64,000 nt of DNA, from the NCBI GenBank assembly GCA_963793425.1, contig CAWCAG010000009.1, forward strand, positions 1,024,001 through 1,088,000, read 5' to 3'. This document shows positions 62,711 to 64,000 of this stretch, piece by piece (the first letter of the stretch is position 1; each line of letters begins with the position of its first letter). This DNA comes from an uncultured cyanobacterium (lineage in GTDB: Bacteria; Cyanobacteriota; Cyanobacteriia; Cyanobacteriales; CAWCAG01). The notes under the pieces were generated by a model, which saw only the letters and a list, made by a program, of their open reading frames with translations, made no database searches and had not been told where the DNA came from. Made by a program: the position numbers and the translations under genes.

Positions 62711-64000
62711 TCACCTAATTGCTGGTGGTAAATCCGCCGGAGGAGGGGAATTGCGGCCAGGAGGTATGGGGGGAGAAGCCCCAGGAGGTTCTGGTAAAGG
62801 AGGAGGTGCGCCCTCTCCTTCTTCATTTTCTCCCTCTTTACCCGCAGCCTTATCTCCTCCAGACTCAGAAGAGCCTTCTTCCCCTTCCTTTTCCTTACCT
62901 GCTTCGTCTCCTTCTGCCCCTCCTGGAGATTCCTCCGCCCCTTCTTCTTGCTCTTGATCTCCTTCCCCCTCTACACCATCTGCCCTTTCTGCCCCTTCTT
63001 CTACTTCCTCCTCCGGCAGAAAACTCTCAATCGTCACAGAACGAGTTTTTTGCTCTCCTTCTGCATTGGTTACTTGTAGGATAATAGTCTCGCTACCCGG
63101 TTCCTTCCCTAAAGGAAAAGCAACCTTTCCCTGTTTATTTACAGTTCCGGGGGAGGGTAGCAACTCAACCTTAATATCTTTGCCCCCCGCAACTTGCCAC
63201 TCAATAATAATCGGCGTTGGTTGTGCTTGGTTGATGGGTACAGAATACTTAGGTTGGGCATCAACCCCATTAATAGTGAACTCAGCAATCTCAAAAGGTA
63301 CAGGTTGGGCAATCACTTTAATTATATCGGTTTGGGCTGGTTCGATGGGTTCTTCGGGTTTTTCTTGGGGAACTGGAGTTAATTCAAAAATATAACTCCC
63401 GGCTTTACTGGCCCCGGTAGATACAGACTGGCAGGTTAACTCTAATTTAACAATTACACAAAAACGATCTAACCCCACAGGAATACGGGCATTCTGACAC
63501 AGTTGCTGAGTTTGGTTACTTTCGCACAGTTCCACTAACTGCTGAAGATTCTTACCCCGTTTGCAAAGGGCTTGGTTAGCATTCTCTTCCTGGGAACATA
63601 ACCTAGCTAACTTCTGGGGATTGACGGTATCAAACTTAAAGGTTCTTTCTTTGCTATTAACGGAACCATCGGGGGCTTTACCCACCAATTTTAACTCCTT
63701 GATTTGATCAGCATCGCCAATTTTCCAATTCAAACGGATGCCGGGGCTAACTCTAACGGGAGGTTGCGGAGTTGCAACCGCAACGGTTTGGGTTTCTTGG
63801 TATTGAGGTTCTGTAGCCGCAAACTCCAACACTTGAGGAACAGGAATACCCGTAATCCGAACTGCACTAGTTTTCGCTGTTTCTACAGCACCTTTTTTAC
63901 GCCCTTGAGGAATTAGGGTTAACTCAAAAACATAATCCCCCGCTTTACGGGCATCAGTGGGAACATTCTGACAAACCAATTCCTGTTCCTGTTCGCAAAA
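62711..64000 (-). CDS. Large hypothetical protein, C-terminal part (repeated Cys-containing beta domains, Glu/Gly/Pro tail)
   Basis: Frame open to the window edge; CQ.V.T.A.KAG.Y.FELT occurs twice. Confidence 0.8.
   Translation of the reverse strand, partial: FCEQEQELVCQNVPTDARKAGDYVFELTLIPQGRKKGAVETAKTSAVRITGIPVPQVLEFAATEPQYQETQTVAVATPQPPVRVSPGIRLNWKIGDADQIKELKLVGKAPDGSVNSKERTFKFDTVNPQKLARLCSQEENANQALCKRGKNLQQLVELCESNQTQQLCQNARIPVGLDRFCVIVKLELTCQSVSTGASKAGSYIFELTPVPQEKPEEPIEPAQTDIIKVIAQPVPFEIAEFTINGVDAQPKYSVPINQAQPTPIIIEWQVAGGKDIKVELLPSPGTVNKQGKVAFPLGKEPGSETIILQVTNAEGEQKTRSVTIESFLPEEEVEEGAERADGVEGEGDQEQEEGAEESPGGAEGDEAGKEKEGEEGSSESGGDKAAGKEGENEEGEGAPPPLPEPPGASPPIPPGRNSPPPADLPPAIR

Overview
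Chromosomal window from a cyanobacterium: it carries psbA, psbU, petP and PAM68, roughly 30 HIP1 octamers (GCGATCGC, counted by eye) and heptamer tandem repeats. Housekeeping genes (nadC, gyrA/parC paralogue, panD, aroF, rpsO, argF, lexA, dusB, plmA, rsmI) alternate with accessory blocks. (i) A guanidine-I riboswitch precedes a stand-alone guanidine hydrolase, next to an IS701-truncated haemagglutinin gene. (ii) A PEP-CTERM / tail-collar / NERD-helicase-pentapeptide / DUF6916 cluster. (iii) A frameshift-riddled TPR-CHAT protease, beside an all-helical protein preceded by a 21-nt repeat array. (iv) A catalase-like heme domain-lipoxygenase fusion. (v) A ~7.9 kb defence island (36.3-44.2 kb) with an NspV-like R-M pair, VapBC, a MITE-interrupted nuclease-NACHT and TA-like relics. 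The island is bounded by HIP1 sites, contains displaced copies of the aroF 3' end and repeats one promoter/small-ORF module three times, which suggests integrase-free, HIP1-anchored cassette accretion. Several single-base frameshifts may be assembly errors. All calls are from motif recognition by eye; no database searches were run.
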